A stretch of 64,000 nucleotides of DNA from Actinomycetota bacterium (GTDB lineage Bacteria; Actinomycetota; Thermoleophilia; Solirubrobacterales; 70-9). The notes beneath the pieces were generated by a model. It did no database searches. It saw nothing but the letters and a program-made list of their open reading frames with translations, and was not told where the DNA came from. Positions 1 to 7,913 of this stretch are shown one piece after another (the stretch's first letter is position 1; every line of letters begins with the position of its first letter). The position numbers and the translations under genes are program-made. Location: contig JAPVSJ010000109.1 in the NCBI GenBank assembly GCA_047519745.1, positions 6,326 through 70,325 on the forward strand. Reading direction: 5' to 3'.

Positions 1-863
1 GAGGCGACCACTTCCTTGCCGAAGGCGGCGATGAAGGCGCCGGTTGAGGAGAACTCATCGACGCGCAGGTTGGAGCCGCTGACATAGAGGTTGCCGCTTT
101 CCTGGTTGATCGCGATGCCCTGGGGGTTGCCGAGGGCACCGCCGAGGGAGCCGAATTCGCCCGCCTTGCAGGTGTCCCCCGCAGCGCAGATCTCAAAGCC
201 CGTCGCGCCTTCGTTCTGGGTCGCGGTCGAGACCGTTGAGCTTGGGCTGCCACCGGCGAGGCTGACGTTTGCCGCCGTGATCTGTTCGACGTTGGCATGG
301 GCCAGCGGGCCGCCGTCGAAGGTGATCAGGTAGGGCGTGGAGCCGGTCGCGTCGCCGGGACCGCCTGAGACGGTGACCGAGCCACCGCCGGCGCTGATCG
401 TGGAGAGGCTGTTCAGCGCGCTCTGCACTTCTGCCGCCGTGGCGATGGCCGAGAGGTTGGCGGTGGTGGCGGCACCGAAGCCGAGGGTGAAGCTGCCCGA
501 GCTGGCGGCGACGGTCAGGGTCTGGGTCTCGTTTGCCTGGTCGGGGCCCGAGGAGACCACGTCCTGGCCGAAGGCGCGCAGGAAGTTGCCGGAGGAGTCG
601 AACTCGACGACGCGGTTGTTGTTGCCGTCGACGGCGTAGACGTTGCCGCTGGACTGGTTGACCGCCACCCCGCGCGGATTGCTCATCTGCCCGGCGGCTG
701 AGCCGGTCGAGCCGAAGAAGCCGCTGACGCTCTTGGCCGTGAGGGCGAAGGCGGAGGCCGGCGCGATGGCGAGCATCGCCACGGCAGCGACGGCAACGCA
801 GAGCGCCACCGCGCGCAGATGTGAACTCGGTCCCGCGGACGGTGCCTTCGCGTGGCGTCTCAA
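1..863 (-). CDS. secreted NHL-repeat (beta-propeller) protein, N-terminal part; gene continues past the left edge
   Basis: Absent from the ORF track because no stop lies inside the window. My reverse-strand translation (codon first bases at positions = 2 mod 3) stayed open in the stretches I checked (1-120, 279-359, 600-863); the remainder was not checked codon by codon. TTG at 861-863 is preceded by AAGGAGAG. The N-terminus MRRHAKAPSAGPSSHLRAVALCVAVAAVAMLAIAPASAFA looks like a signal peptide. Units such as GQMSNPRGVAVNQSSGNVYAVDGNNNRVVEFDSSGNFLRAFG and GALGNPQGIAINQESGNLYVSGSNLRVDEFSSTGAFIAAFG are typical NHL repeats. Confidence 0.6.
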   Translation of the reverse strand, partial: MRRHAKAPSAGPSSHLRAVALCVAVAAVAMLAIAPASAFALTAKSVSGFFGSTGSAAGQMSNPRGVAVNQSSGNVYAVDGNNNRVVEFDSSGNFLRAFGQDVVSSGPDQANETQTLTVAASSGSFTLGFGAATTANLSAIATAAEVQSALNSLSTISAGGGSVTVSGGPGDATGSTPYLITFDGGPLAHANVEQITAANVSLAGGSPSSTVSTATQNEGATGFEICAAGDTCKAGEFGSLGGALGNPQGIAINQESGNLYVSGSNLRVDEFSSTGAFIAAFGKEVVA

Positions 864-1097
864 CGTAGCTCTCTCCTTGTCGCTTGAGCCCTGTTTGCCG
901 CCTTCCCGTTGGCGACCGATGCGGGCTCGATTTCCCTGTTTGCTGCTTCCCTGCGGCCCTCTTCCCGAGGGCGACGTGGTGCAGCATAAAAGAAACGGTT
1001 TACAAATGCAAGGAGAAGTTTTTGAGATGAAGGTTCGTGGCTTTGAACGCTTTCAGCGATTGCTCGTCCGAACAGCAAATGACCGATACTTATTGTC

Positions 1098-1430
1098 ATG
1101 GAGACCCTGTCTATCTCGTACGTCCAGGCTCATCTCGCGGAGATCGTCGATCGAGTCGAGAGCCAACAACACCGGGTGAAGATCACGCGCGATGGCCGAG
1201 CTGTCGCAGTGCTTCTCAACCCGGACGACCTCGAGAGTCTCGAAGAGACGCTGGCGGTCCTCTCCGATTCCGGGCTGAAGCGACAGGCCAGCCAGAGCGA
1301 GGCGGAATTGAGACGTGGCGAGAAGGGCGTAACGGCCGAAGAGCTGATCGCTCGCTATAAGAACTTGCCTTCCGTCGACTACGAGAAAATGCGCGCGGAG
1401 CTCGACGCAATCATCGATCCGTCGCTGTGA
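1098..1430 (+). CDS. type II antitoxin, Phd/YefM family (no partner toxin)
   Basis: METLSISYVQAHLAEIVDRVESQQHRVKITRDGRAVAVLLNPDDLESLEETLAVL is the classic Phd/YefM N-terminal fold pattern. The next gene is a convergent TetR, so no toxin ORF follows. Confidence 0.8.
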   Translation: METLSISYVQAHLAEIVDRVESQQHRVKITRDGRAVAVLLNPDDLESLEETLAVLSDSGLKRQASQSEAELRRGEKGVTAEELIARYKNLPSVDYEKMRAELDAIIDPSL

Positions 1431-1457
1431 TTGCGAGGTCCGCAAAGCGGTAGACAG

Positions 1458-2132
1458 CTAAGCGGCAACCGCCAGTCGCTTGGCCTCCTCACGGCCCACG
1501 TAGGGGGCGAGGGCGAGCTCAGTCAGATCCGGGAGGAGCTCGGGGAGGCGGGCTGGGCCGGCGGAGTTGAGGCGGCGGACGATCAGGGTGGCGATGCCGC
1601 CGACGAGGGCCTGGTCGCGGACTTCCATGTTCAGCTCCGAGGGGGGCGGCTCGGGGCGCAGGGCGGCGGCGAGGAGCTGCATCGCCTCGCGGTAGCGGGC
1701 CACCACCTCACCCCCGGCGGCAAGCGGCTCGACCAGGAAGCAGCGGGCGACGGCGGCGTCGCGGGAGAGGACGTCGAGCAGGGCGGCGAGGCGGGCGCGC
1801 ACCCGCTCCGGCCACTCCTCCCCCGCTCCCGGCGCCGCCAGCATCGAGTTGAGGACGTGGGCCTCGATCATCTCGTAGGCGGCGGCGAAGCAGTCCTCCT
1901 TGCCCTCGAAGTACTCGTAGAAGGTGCGGCGGGAGATCTTCGCCGCGGCGGTGATCTTGGCGATCGTCGTCGCGTTGTAGCCGTACTCGGCGACCGCTTC
2001 GACGACGCCGTTGAGCAGCCGTTCGCGCTGGTTCTCGGCGACGAAGACGCGGGAGAGGCCGTGGCGGCCGGGGGGCAGGCGACCGCGGCCGGCGGCCGGG
2101 CTCCCGGCGACCTGTGCGCCGCGCTCAGCCAT
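1458..2132 (-). CDS. TetR family transcriptional regulator (paralogue 1)
   Basis: LPPGRHGLSR...QRERLLNGVVEAVAEYGYNATTIAKITAAAKISRRTFYEYFEGKEDCFAAAYE is a TetR N-terminal HTH. 8-nt overlap with the upstream TetR gene. Confidence 0.9.
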   Translation of the reverse strand: MAERGAQVAGSPAAGRGRLPPGRHGLSRVFVAENQRERLLNGVVEAVAEYGYNATTIAKITAAAKISRRTFYEYFEGKEDCFAAAYEMIEAHVLNSMLAAPGAGEEWPERVRARLAALLDVLSRDAAVARCFLVEPLAAGGEVVARYREAMQLLAAALRPEPPPSELNMEVRDQALVGGIATLIVRRLNSAGPARLPELLPDLTELALAPYVGREEAKRLAVAA

Positions 2133-2778
2133 TGCCGAGGTAGGGGGCGAGGGCGATGTCGATCAGTTCGGGGTAGAGCGCCGCCAGCTTCTCGGCGCCG
2201 CCTGTCTCGAGCCGCTCGCGCAGCAGCCAGGCGAGGGCACCGGCGGTCGCTTCCTCATGACTGGCGGGTAGGCCGGCGGAGGCGGTCGGCAGAGCGCGCC
2301 CCTCGCGCAGCTTCGCGGCGAGGCGGTCGAGCGCCGCCTCGTAGTGGCCGTTCAGCTCGGCCCCCCCGGTCTGCGCCTCGACCAGGCAGAGGCGCGCCTT
2401 CTGCGGAGCCTCGGCGATCAGCTTGGTGGTTGTCCGCAGCCCCGTCGCAAGCTGCTCGGGCCAGGAGAGCTCACCCGCCTCGCCGGCCTCGCGGATCGCC
2501 GCCGCCATCCGGTCGACACCCCAGGCCACGGCCCGATCGAAGGCGGCGACGAAGCATGCTTCCTTGCCGCCGAAGAACTCATAGAAGGTGACCGAGGAGA
2601 CGCCGGCCGCCTTGACCATCGCTTCGATTGAGGTGCCGGCGCAGCCGTGCTCGGCGACGAGCTTCTCGGTCGCATCGAGGATCCGCTCCCGTTGCGGGGA
2701 CGGAAGCACCCCGTCAGGCGGCCCTGCCCCCCGCCCCGGAGACGGCTTGGAGGCCAGTCTTTGCGAGAGGTACTGCAT
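2125..2778 (-). CDS. TetR family transcriptional regulator (paralogue 2)
   Basis: QRERILDATEKLVAEHGCAGTSIEAMVKAAGVSSVTFYEFFGGKEACFVAAFD; C-terminal ...LYPELIDIALAPYLG is shared with paralogue 1. Confidence 0.9.
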   Translation of the reverse strand: MQYLSQRLASKPSPGRGAGPPDGVLPSPQRERILDATEKLVAEHGCAGTSIEAMVKAAGVSSVTFYEFFGGKEACFVAAFDRAVAWGVDRMAAAIREAGEAGELSWPEQLATGLRTTTKLIAEAPQKARLCLVEAQTGGAELNGHYEAALDRLAAKLREGRALPTASAGLPASHEEATAGALAWLLRERLETGGAEKLAALYPELIDIALAPYLGNG

Positions 2779-2846
2779 GAGTCGAGGGTAGCCGACTTGA
2801 GAAAGATTTCATATCTGGCAAAAAAGGAGTAGTTTTTATAGGGCGT

Positions 2847-3584
2847 ATGTCAGCGAAAGCCTCAGCAGCCGTCGATCGAGTCGATTCGCTGGGAGCAAAC
2901 CGAGGCTCCGAGCTCGATGTGCGCGAGGGGGCGATGGAAGGTGTGCTGGCGGTCTGCGGCGAGGTCGGCTTCCGCGAGGCGTCCGTGCGCGCGATCCTCG
3001 AGCACAGCGGCGGGCACCGGGCGCAGTTCTACCAGCACTTCGAGAGCAAGGAGGACTGCTTCGCCCAGGCCTACGCGGTCTGGATCGAGCGGCTCTGCGT
3101 CAGCGTGCTCGAAGCGGCGGCGACCACACCCGGCTGGGAGGCCGGCGTGCGCGAGGCGATCGTGCGCCTCTTCCAGTTCGTCACCGCGCGGCCGGCGATC
3201 GCCCGGGCGCTCTTCGTCGAGGTTCAGATCGCCGGCGAGCCGGCGCTGGCCCGCCACGAGGCCGCGATCGAGCGCCTCGCCGCGGCGATCGACAGCGCCC
3301 GCGCCGACATCGAGCCGGCAGAGGCTCCGCCCGAGGCGACCGGCGTCTTCGTCGTCGGCGGGATCGAGTCCTGCGTCTGCGAGGCGCTCGGCGACGGCGA
3401 CCTGGACCGGCTCTGGAACGCCCTCCCCGAGCTGATGCACTTCGCGGCGGGCTCCTACTTCGGCAAGGAGGAGGCCGAAGGCGCCTTCGAGCGGGCGAGC
3501 ATCCTGCTGGAGCGCGAGCAAGCGCGCGAGGCACAGCGGACGCGACTGACCCAACAGGCAGAAGGGGAGTGCGGACCGGGATGA
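2847..3584 (+). CDS. TetR family transcriptional regulator (paralogue 3)
   Basis: GVLAVCGEVGFREASVRAILEHSGGHRAQFYQHFESKEDCFAQAYA. Divergent from paralogue 2 across an AT-rich 68-nt spacer. Confidence 0.85.
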   Translation: MSAKASAAVDRVDSLGANRGSELDVREGAMEGVLAVCGEVGFREASVRAILEHSGGHRAQFYQHFESKEDCFAQAYAVWIERLCVSVLEAAATTPGWEAGVREAIVRLFQFVTARPAIARALFVEVQIAGEPALARHEAAIERLAAAIDSARADIEPAEAPPEATGVFVVGGIESCVCEALGDGDLDRLWNALPELMHFAAGSYFGKEEAEGAFERASILLEREQAREAQRTRLTQQAEGECGPG

Positions 3585-4270
3585 CCGAGTTGCGACTGAT
3601 CGCCGGCACCGCGCTCGCCGAGCCAGCCGAGGTCGAGGCCACGCCGATGCTGCGACTCCCCCCCGGCCGCCACGGCATTCCCGCCGACCTGGTTCGCGCG
3701 CACCAGCGCCTGCGCCTGCTCGAGGCAGCGGCGGCGGCCGTCGCCGAGCAGGGCTACGGCCGCATCACCGCGGCCCGCGTGACCGAGCTGGCCGGCGTCT
3801 CCAGCCGCACCTTCTACCAGCACTTCGAGGACCTTTGGGCATGCCTGCTGGCCGCGTATGAGACCGAGGCGAGCCGGCTCTGCCAGGAGATCGAGGGCGC
3901 CTGCGCGGCGCTGGTCGAGCAGCGCGGACCGATCGTCGAAGCGGACCGGCGCGGCCGGGCGCGGGCCGGCATCGCCGCAGCGCTCGGCTTCCTCGCCGCC
4001 GAGCCCGACGTCGCCCGCCTGCTCAGCGCCGAGCCGCCGCCGCAGATCGCGGCGCTCAGCGGCGCCCGCCGCGACCTGATCGAACGCCTCGGCGCGATGC
4101 TGCGCGAAGTGCTCACCGACCCGGCCGGGGCGACGCCGCTGCCGGGCCTCGAGCGCCGCCTGATCGGCGCCGCGCTGGCGCTGGTCTCGACCCGCGCCGC
4201 CACAGGCGACCCGCAGCGCCTGCGCGACCTCGAGCCGGAGCTGAGCGAGCTCCTCCTCGCCTCGCTCTGA
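3569..4270 (+). CDS. TetR family transcriptional regulator (paralogue 4)
   Basis: LPPGRHGIPADLVRAHQRLRLLEAAAAAVAEQGYGRITAARVTELAGVSSRTFYQHFEDLWACLLAAYE. 16-nt overlap with paralogue 3. Confidence 0.85.
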   Translation: MRTGMTELRLIAGTALAEPAEVEATPMLRLPPGRHGIPADLVRAHQRLRLLEAAAAAVAEQGYGRITAARVTELAGVSSRTFYQHFEDLWACLLAAYETEASRLCQEIEGACAALVEQRGPIVEADRRGRARAGIAAALGFLAAEPDVARLLSAEPPPQIAALSGARRDLIERLGAMLREVLTDPAGATPLPGLERRLIGAALALVSTRAATGDPQRLRDLEPELSELLLASL

Positions 4271-4299
4271 CAGGCGCCTCACGCTGTAAATTTGTCTAA

Positions 4300-4336
4300 G
4301 TGACGAAAGTCACGTATATCCCTTCAGTGTAGAAGC
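4300..4336. repeat. left copy of a 37-bp inverted repeat (partner at 7838-7874)
   Basis: gtgacgaaagtcacgtatatcccttcagtgtagaagc. The reverse complement of 7838-7874 is gtgactttcgtcacgtatatcccatcactgtagaagc. The six mismatches are the 4-nt hairpin loop plus two single bases. Confidence 0.85.
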
Positions 4337-4440
4337 GAAATCCGTCTCTGACGCGCCCTAGCTTCCTTTGCCGTCAACAGAAAAGCGGCCGGGGCGCTGC
4401 GTGAACAGCCCCCGGCCTGGCACAGGAAGGGGTACTTCCC

Positions 4441-4692
4441 ATGCAAGGCCAGCCTAAACGGCGACGCGACAGCGACCTACGCGCACAACGCGTCGTGCTC
4501 AGCTACGTGCTCGACCTGCACCCGGTCAAGCCATCGATCCCGGCCCTCGTCCACGACCTCGTAGAGGATGCAAGCGACACCTACGAGCGCGCCATACGAG
4601 ACCTGACCGGCATAGGGCTGCTCGACTGCGAGGGCGGCATCGTCGCCCCCACGCAGGCAGCCCTTCGCTTCGACCGCATCTCCTCGACGTGA
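4441..4692 (+). CDS. small hypothetical protein (possible winged-helix), coupled to the downstream XRE gene
   Basis: 83-aa ORF whose stop overlaps the GTG start of the next gene (GTGA). No family motif that I can name. Confidence 0.5.
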   Translation: MQGQPKRRRDSDLRAQRVVLSYVLDLHPVKPSIPALVHDLVEDASDTYERAIRDLTGIGLLDCEGGIVAPTQAALRFDRISST

Positions 4693-5003
4693 ACGTCGCA
4701 CGGCGCTTCGGCTCGAACCTCGCCCGCTGTCGTCAGCAGGCAGGGCTGTCTCAGGAAGAGCTTGGCAACCGAGCCAGCCTCCACCGGACCGCCATCGGTC
4801 TACTGGAGAGGGGCGCGCGGATGCCCCGCATCGACACGCTGATCAAGCTGGCCGTCGCGCTCGACATCGACCCCGCCGACTTGCTGAAGGGGATCGACTG
4901 GAAGCCCGGTGAGACCGTCAAGGGGCAGTTCATCGAAACCGACGTGCCGGGTCTGGGCATCGTCCATCGACGGTTTGAGGTGGAGCGGGAGGGCGATGGG
5001 TAG
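4689..5003 (+). CDS. XRE family helix-turn-helix transcriptional regulator
   Basis: LSQEELGNRASLHRTAIGLLERGARMPRIDTLIKLAVALDIDPADLL is a Cro/C1-type HTH. Confidence 0.85.
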   Translation: MNVARRFGSNLARCRQQAGLSQEELGNRASLHRTAIGLLERGARMPRIDTLIKLAVALDIDPADLLKGIDWKPGETVKGQFIETDVPGLGIVHRRFEVEREGDG

Positions 5004-5043
5004 CCGCAGCGGTAGCGCTGCGCTTCATTGCGAGTCGAAGCCC

Positions 5044-5076
5044 AAAAAAGAAACGGACCACCGAGGTGGTCCGTTC
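5044..5076 (-). terminator. intrinsic terminator downstream of tRNA-Thr
   Basis: Read on the minus strand: aacggaccacc-tcg-gtggtccgtt hairpin followed by tttcttttttggg. Confidence 0.7.
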
Positions 5077-5242
5077 CAAGACTGCTCTGAGTGATGTGGT
5101 GAGGCAGTCCGTCGCCGGACGACCCTGCACGCTCAGCCCAGAGACACCTTTCGTAGGTGTCGCCAGTCTATCGAAGATTGACCATTGTCAAGCGAATTGC
5201 AACAATCATTACAAGACAATTTAGGCAGCCGTGCTATATGAA

Positions 5243-5315
5243 TCCGCCCGGCAGGATTCGAACCTGCGACCTCAACCCTACGAAAGGTGCGCTCTGTCCA
5301 CTGAGCTACGGGCGG
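5243..5315 (-). tRNA. tRNA-Thr (anticodon CGT)
   Basis: Manual cloverleaf on the reverse strand: CCGCCCG-TA-GCTC-AGTGGACA-GAGC-G-CACCT-TTCGTAG-GGTTG-AGGTC-GCAGG-TTCGAAT-CCTGC-CGGGCGG-A. Perfect 7-bp acceptor, canonical T arm, U33 and A37. One C-U mismatch in the anticodon stem and an unusual C1-G72 pair. CCA is not encoded. Confidence 0.8.
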
Positions 5316-5626
5316 ACGCTTCACTTCCCTGGTCAGGAAGCTTCTCGATTGTAGTGTGCGTGCAGGGATAAAAGCCAGGAATCAAGTCAAAATTACTGAA
5401 ATTCACCTAGGGGTCAGCCCAAGGTTGAGGGATTTAGGTCGAGGGTTGGTGCCTAGTCTCAGGTAGAGGTTGAGAGTCCTCAAGGAACGCTTGAGACCTC
5501 GAATCGGCAAGCACCGAGGCGCGTAGACTGTGCTTTGCGTGAAGCGGATGCAGAAAACCCAGCCCAAGCAGGGAAAGCCAGTCGAGATTCCGGTCCCCAC
5601 CAAAGGGGACTTCGACGTGGCCCTCT

Positions 5627-5833
5627 CTAAGGTCGCTCCGCCAGCAAGTCGTAAACGCCCTGGCGGGAAAGACCGGCCTCAGAAGCGATCTGGGTAACCG
5701 GGACCCCGGCGTCCTGCGCGTCCTTGCAGTAGCGCTGTAGTTCATCGGTTGCCTTGTGGCGGGCGGCGTCGGCCCGCTCGCGACTCTTGGCGGCTCGCCG
5801 GATGCCCTTGATTGCGGCGGTGGCGTCTTTCAT
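5627..5833 (-). CDS. small HTH protein, stop/start-coupled to the IS1595-family transposase (possible passenger gene)
   Basis: 68 aa. The C-terminal VPVTQIASEAGLSRQGVYDLLAERP resembles a Hin/resolvase-type HTH. Its start overlaps the transposase stop by 4 nt. Confidence 0.55.
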   Translation of the reverse strand: MKDATAAIKGIRRAAKSRERADAARHKATDELQRYCKDAQDAGVPVTQIASEAGLSRQGVYDLLAERP

Positions 5834-6777
5834 CGCGGGGAACGAGCAGCGTTATCGAGCAGGGCGAAGAACATCCCGCGATGGTCGCGGCGCTGGTTGT
5901 AGCGCCAGGCATACTCGTCCAGGTAGGACTGAAGCCACTTCTGCGACACCTTCTTGTAGGTGCCACGCATTCCCGTCTTGAGGTTGCCGAAGAAGCCCTC
6001 GATCGTGTTCGTGTGGATGTCGCCGTGGACGTAGACGCCCGCCGAGTGGTTGATGGTGCTGTGGCCTGCGTACTCGCGGCCAAGCGGCCGGTAGGAGCGC
6101 CAGTCGTCCGTGAAGATGATCGAGTTCGGGTTGACGTTCGCCCGCACGGCTCCACTCAGCGGCTCGCCTCGGCGAGACTTGATCACGCGCAGCTTGACCC
6201 GCCCGCCGCGCTCGACCATGCCGAGTACGGAGACCTGGCGCTCGCGCCAGTTAGCGGCTTCTTTTTTGGTCATTCGCGGCCCGCGTGGGCGACCGTGGAC
6301 GCCGGTCTCGTCAACCTCGACCTTGCCCTTCAACGGTTTGGCGTCGTCTTTCATCAGCTCGTTGCGGATCTTGTTGAACATGCGCCAGGCGGTCTTGTAG
6401 TGGACGCCCAGCTCGCGCTCTAGCTGTTTGGCGGATATGCCGCATCGCGTGCTGGCCATGAGGTACATGGCGTAGAACCAAAGCTGAAGCGAGGTTGAGG
6501 ACTTGTGGAAGATCGTGCCGGCCGTGGGATGGACGTGGTGCCCGCAGCCCGTGCAGGTCCACGACTGCCGCCCCTGCTTGGTCGCGTAGCGCTTGAAGAC
6601 GCGCTCAGAGCCGCACTTGGGGCAATAGGCGTGTTCGCCGTCCGGGGAGTGCCGGGTCCGCCACAGATGCTCCAGGCAGGCGGCGTCGTCGGGGAACTGC
6701 CGCTGGAACTCGGTCAGCGAATACTCGGAGGTCGAGGACTTCGCTCGCTTCGGTTCGTGGCGGTTTGCCGGTGGCAT
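5830..6777 (-). CDS. IS1595-family (ISXO2-like) DDE transposase
   Basis: N-terminal Zn-ribbon CPKCGS...CTGCGHH, then VEVDETGVHG..., IFTDDWRSY..., HSTINHS...HTNTIEGFFGNLKTGMRGTYKKVSQKWLQSYLDEYAWRYNQR. This is the characteristic IS1595 DDE-domain layout. Confidence 0.9.
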   Translation of the reverse strand: MPPANRHEPKRAKSSTSEYSLTEFQRQFPDDAACLEHLWRTRHSPDGEHAYCPKCGSERVFKRYATKQGRQSWTCTGCGHHVHPTAGTIFHKSSTSLQLWFYAMYLMASTRCGISAKQLERELGVHYKTAWRMFNKIRNELMKDDAKPLKGKVEVDETGVHGRPRGPRMTKKEAANWRERQVSVLGMVERGGRVKLRVIKSRRGEPLSGAVRANVNPNSIIFTDDWRSYRPLGREYAGHSTINHSAGVYVHGDIHTNTIEGFFGNLKTGMRGTYKKVSQKWLQSYLDEYAWRYNQRRDHRGMFFALLDNAARSPR

Positions 6778-6817
6778 GGTGTAAAGCTACTTGACAACGA
6801 ACCAGATGTCAAGACGC

Positions 6818-6847
6818 TTGACATAAAGTTTGAAGAGCGCTTAGGCT
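6818..6847 (+). promoter_or_regulatory. candidate promoter for the 6880-7794 gene
   Basis: TTGACA (6818-6823), an 18-nt spacer, then TAGGCT (6842-6847, TAnnnT type). A second TTGACA at 6791-6796 forms the palindrome cttgac-N12-gtcaag. Confidence 0.3.
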
Positions 6848-6879
6848 GTGGCCTGGTGGGGAAGCCTTCGCTAGAGAGC

Positions 6880-7794
6880 GTGGACCTGAAGCTCAACCGG
6901 GCGAAGGATCACTTCTACGCTCTCACGGAAGACATCAAGAAGTTCCAGTCCGATCCAGACAGCTACAGCCTCGCGCTTGAGCGACAGCCGAACCGTGGTG
7001 GCATCTGCAAAGTCGCCGATGTGCATCTTCCCCCAGTCGAGTTGGGGATTCTCATCGGGGAGTGCGTGCATCAATACAGGTCCGCCCTTGACCATCTTCT
7101 GTTTCAACTCGTCCTCGCCAATAGCCGCGGACGCTTGGCCCCCAGAATCGAGAGACGAGCTGAATTCCCGATCTTCAGCAGCGGTCCCAAGTTCAGAGGG
7201 AAGAGAAAGGGAGTGCCGTCGCCAGGTAGCGGACGGGCCAAGATCCAGGACATCGCGCCAGCGGCACAGGCAGCTATCGAGCGGCTCCAGCCGTATCACC
7301 GCCGGAAGAACCCCGGAACGCGCAGTCTTGGGCAACTTCAAGAACTCTCGAACATCGACAAGCACCGGCTCCTCCACGTCACCTATTCGGCGTTTAGGGG
7401 CTCTACTTTCGACTTCGAGACGCGGAACGTTGCGGCGATCGATGGCTTCTACTTCAAGGCCGGGCCATTCAAACGAAATGCAACTATCGCCGCATGGCAG
7501 GCCATTCCTGCTGACCCCCGCTTTGGCGTGGAGGTGCAGATGAAAGCAGAGATCCTGACCGACATAACCTTCGGCAAGGCCAGCCCCGCTAGGTCTGCTC
7601 GGGGGCAGTCGGTAGTGAAGACGCTTTACGACGTCGGCGCTTTCATCGCGTCCGACGTGCTGCCCCCCTTGTGTGGATTGCTCGGCCTCTCCAGCGAGTT
7701 CAAGCCGGGCAAACTGATCGACATGGAGACTGTTCCAGTCGAGGATCGAGACGCCATGTCTGAGAGCGTCCGAGTCGCGAATCTGAGCATCTGA
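6880..7794 (+). CDS. hypothetical protein with an Rx4H (HEPN-like) motif; start uncertain (GTG 6856 or 6880)
   Basis: Lower-GC ORF. The upstream part of the track ORF (from 6505) overlaps the transposase gene and is rejected. Motifs: ECVHQYRSALDHLLFQL (R-x4-H) and LSNIDKHRLLH. Confidence 0.6.
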   Translation: MDLKLNRAKDHFYALTEDIKKFQSDPDSYSLALERQPNRGGICKVADVHLPPVELGILIGECVHQYRSALDHLLFQLVLANSRGRLAPRIERRAEFPIFSSGPKFRGKRKGVPSPGSGRAKIQDIAPAAQAAIERLQPYHRRKNPGTRSLGQLQELSNIDKHRLLHVTYSAFRGSTFDFETRNVAAIDGFYFKAGPFKRNATIAAWQAIPADPRFGVEVQMKAEILTDITFGKASPARSARGQSVVKTLYDVGAFIASDVLPPLCGLLGLSSEFKPGKLIDMETVPVEDRDAMSESVRVANLSI

Positions 7795-7837
7795 TCCCTG
7801 CTCAGACACGCCCTACCTAGCCCTTCCGAGCCGCTGA

Positions 7838-7874
7838 GCTTCTACAGTGATGGGATATACGTGACGAAAGTCAC
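7838..7874. repeat. right copy of the 37-bp inverted repeat (partner at 4300-4336)
   Basis: gcttctacagtgatgggatatacgtgacgaaagtcac; see the left copy. Confidence 0.85.
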
Positions 7875-7913
7875 AGCCGCCCTGCACACCCGCGTTCGAA
7901 GGTAGGCGATTAC

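Larger units (their letters stand above)
5627..6800 (-). mobile_element. IS1595-family element (ends not resolved)
   Basis: Transposase plus coupled small ORF. I could not find convincing terminal inverted repeats by eye, so the boundaries are approximate. Confidence 0.5.

Noticed and set aside
6505-6879. The upstream part of the 429-aa track ORF (start at 6505), and likewise the track starts at 11348, 14790, 36862 and 43136
   Set aside because: These extensions overlap neighbouring genes on the same or opposite strand and translate to low-complexity sequence. In-frame internal starts with coupling or overlap signals, or homology-consistent N-termini, were preferred.
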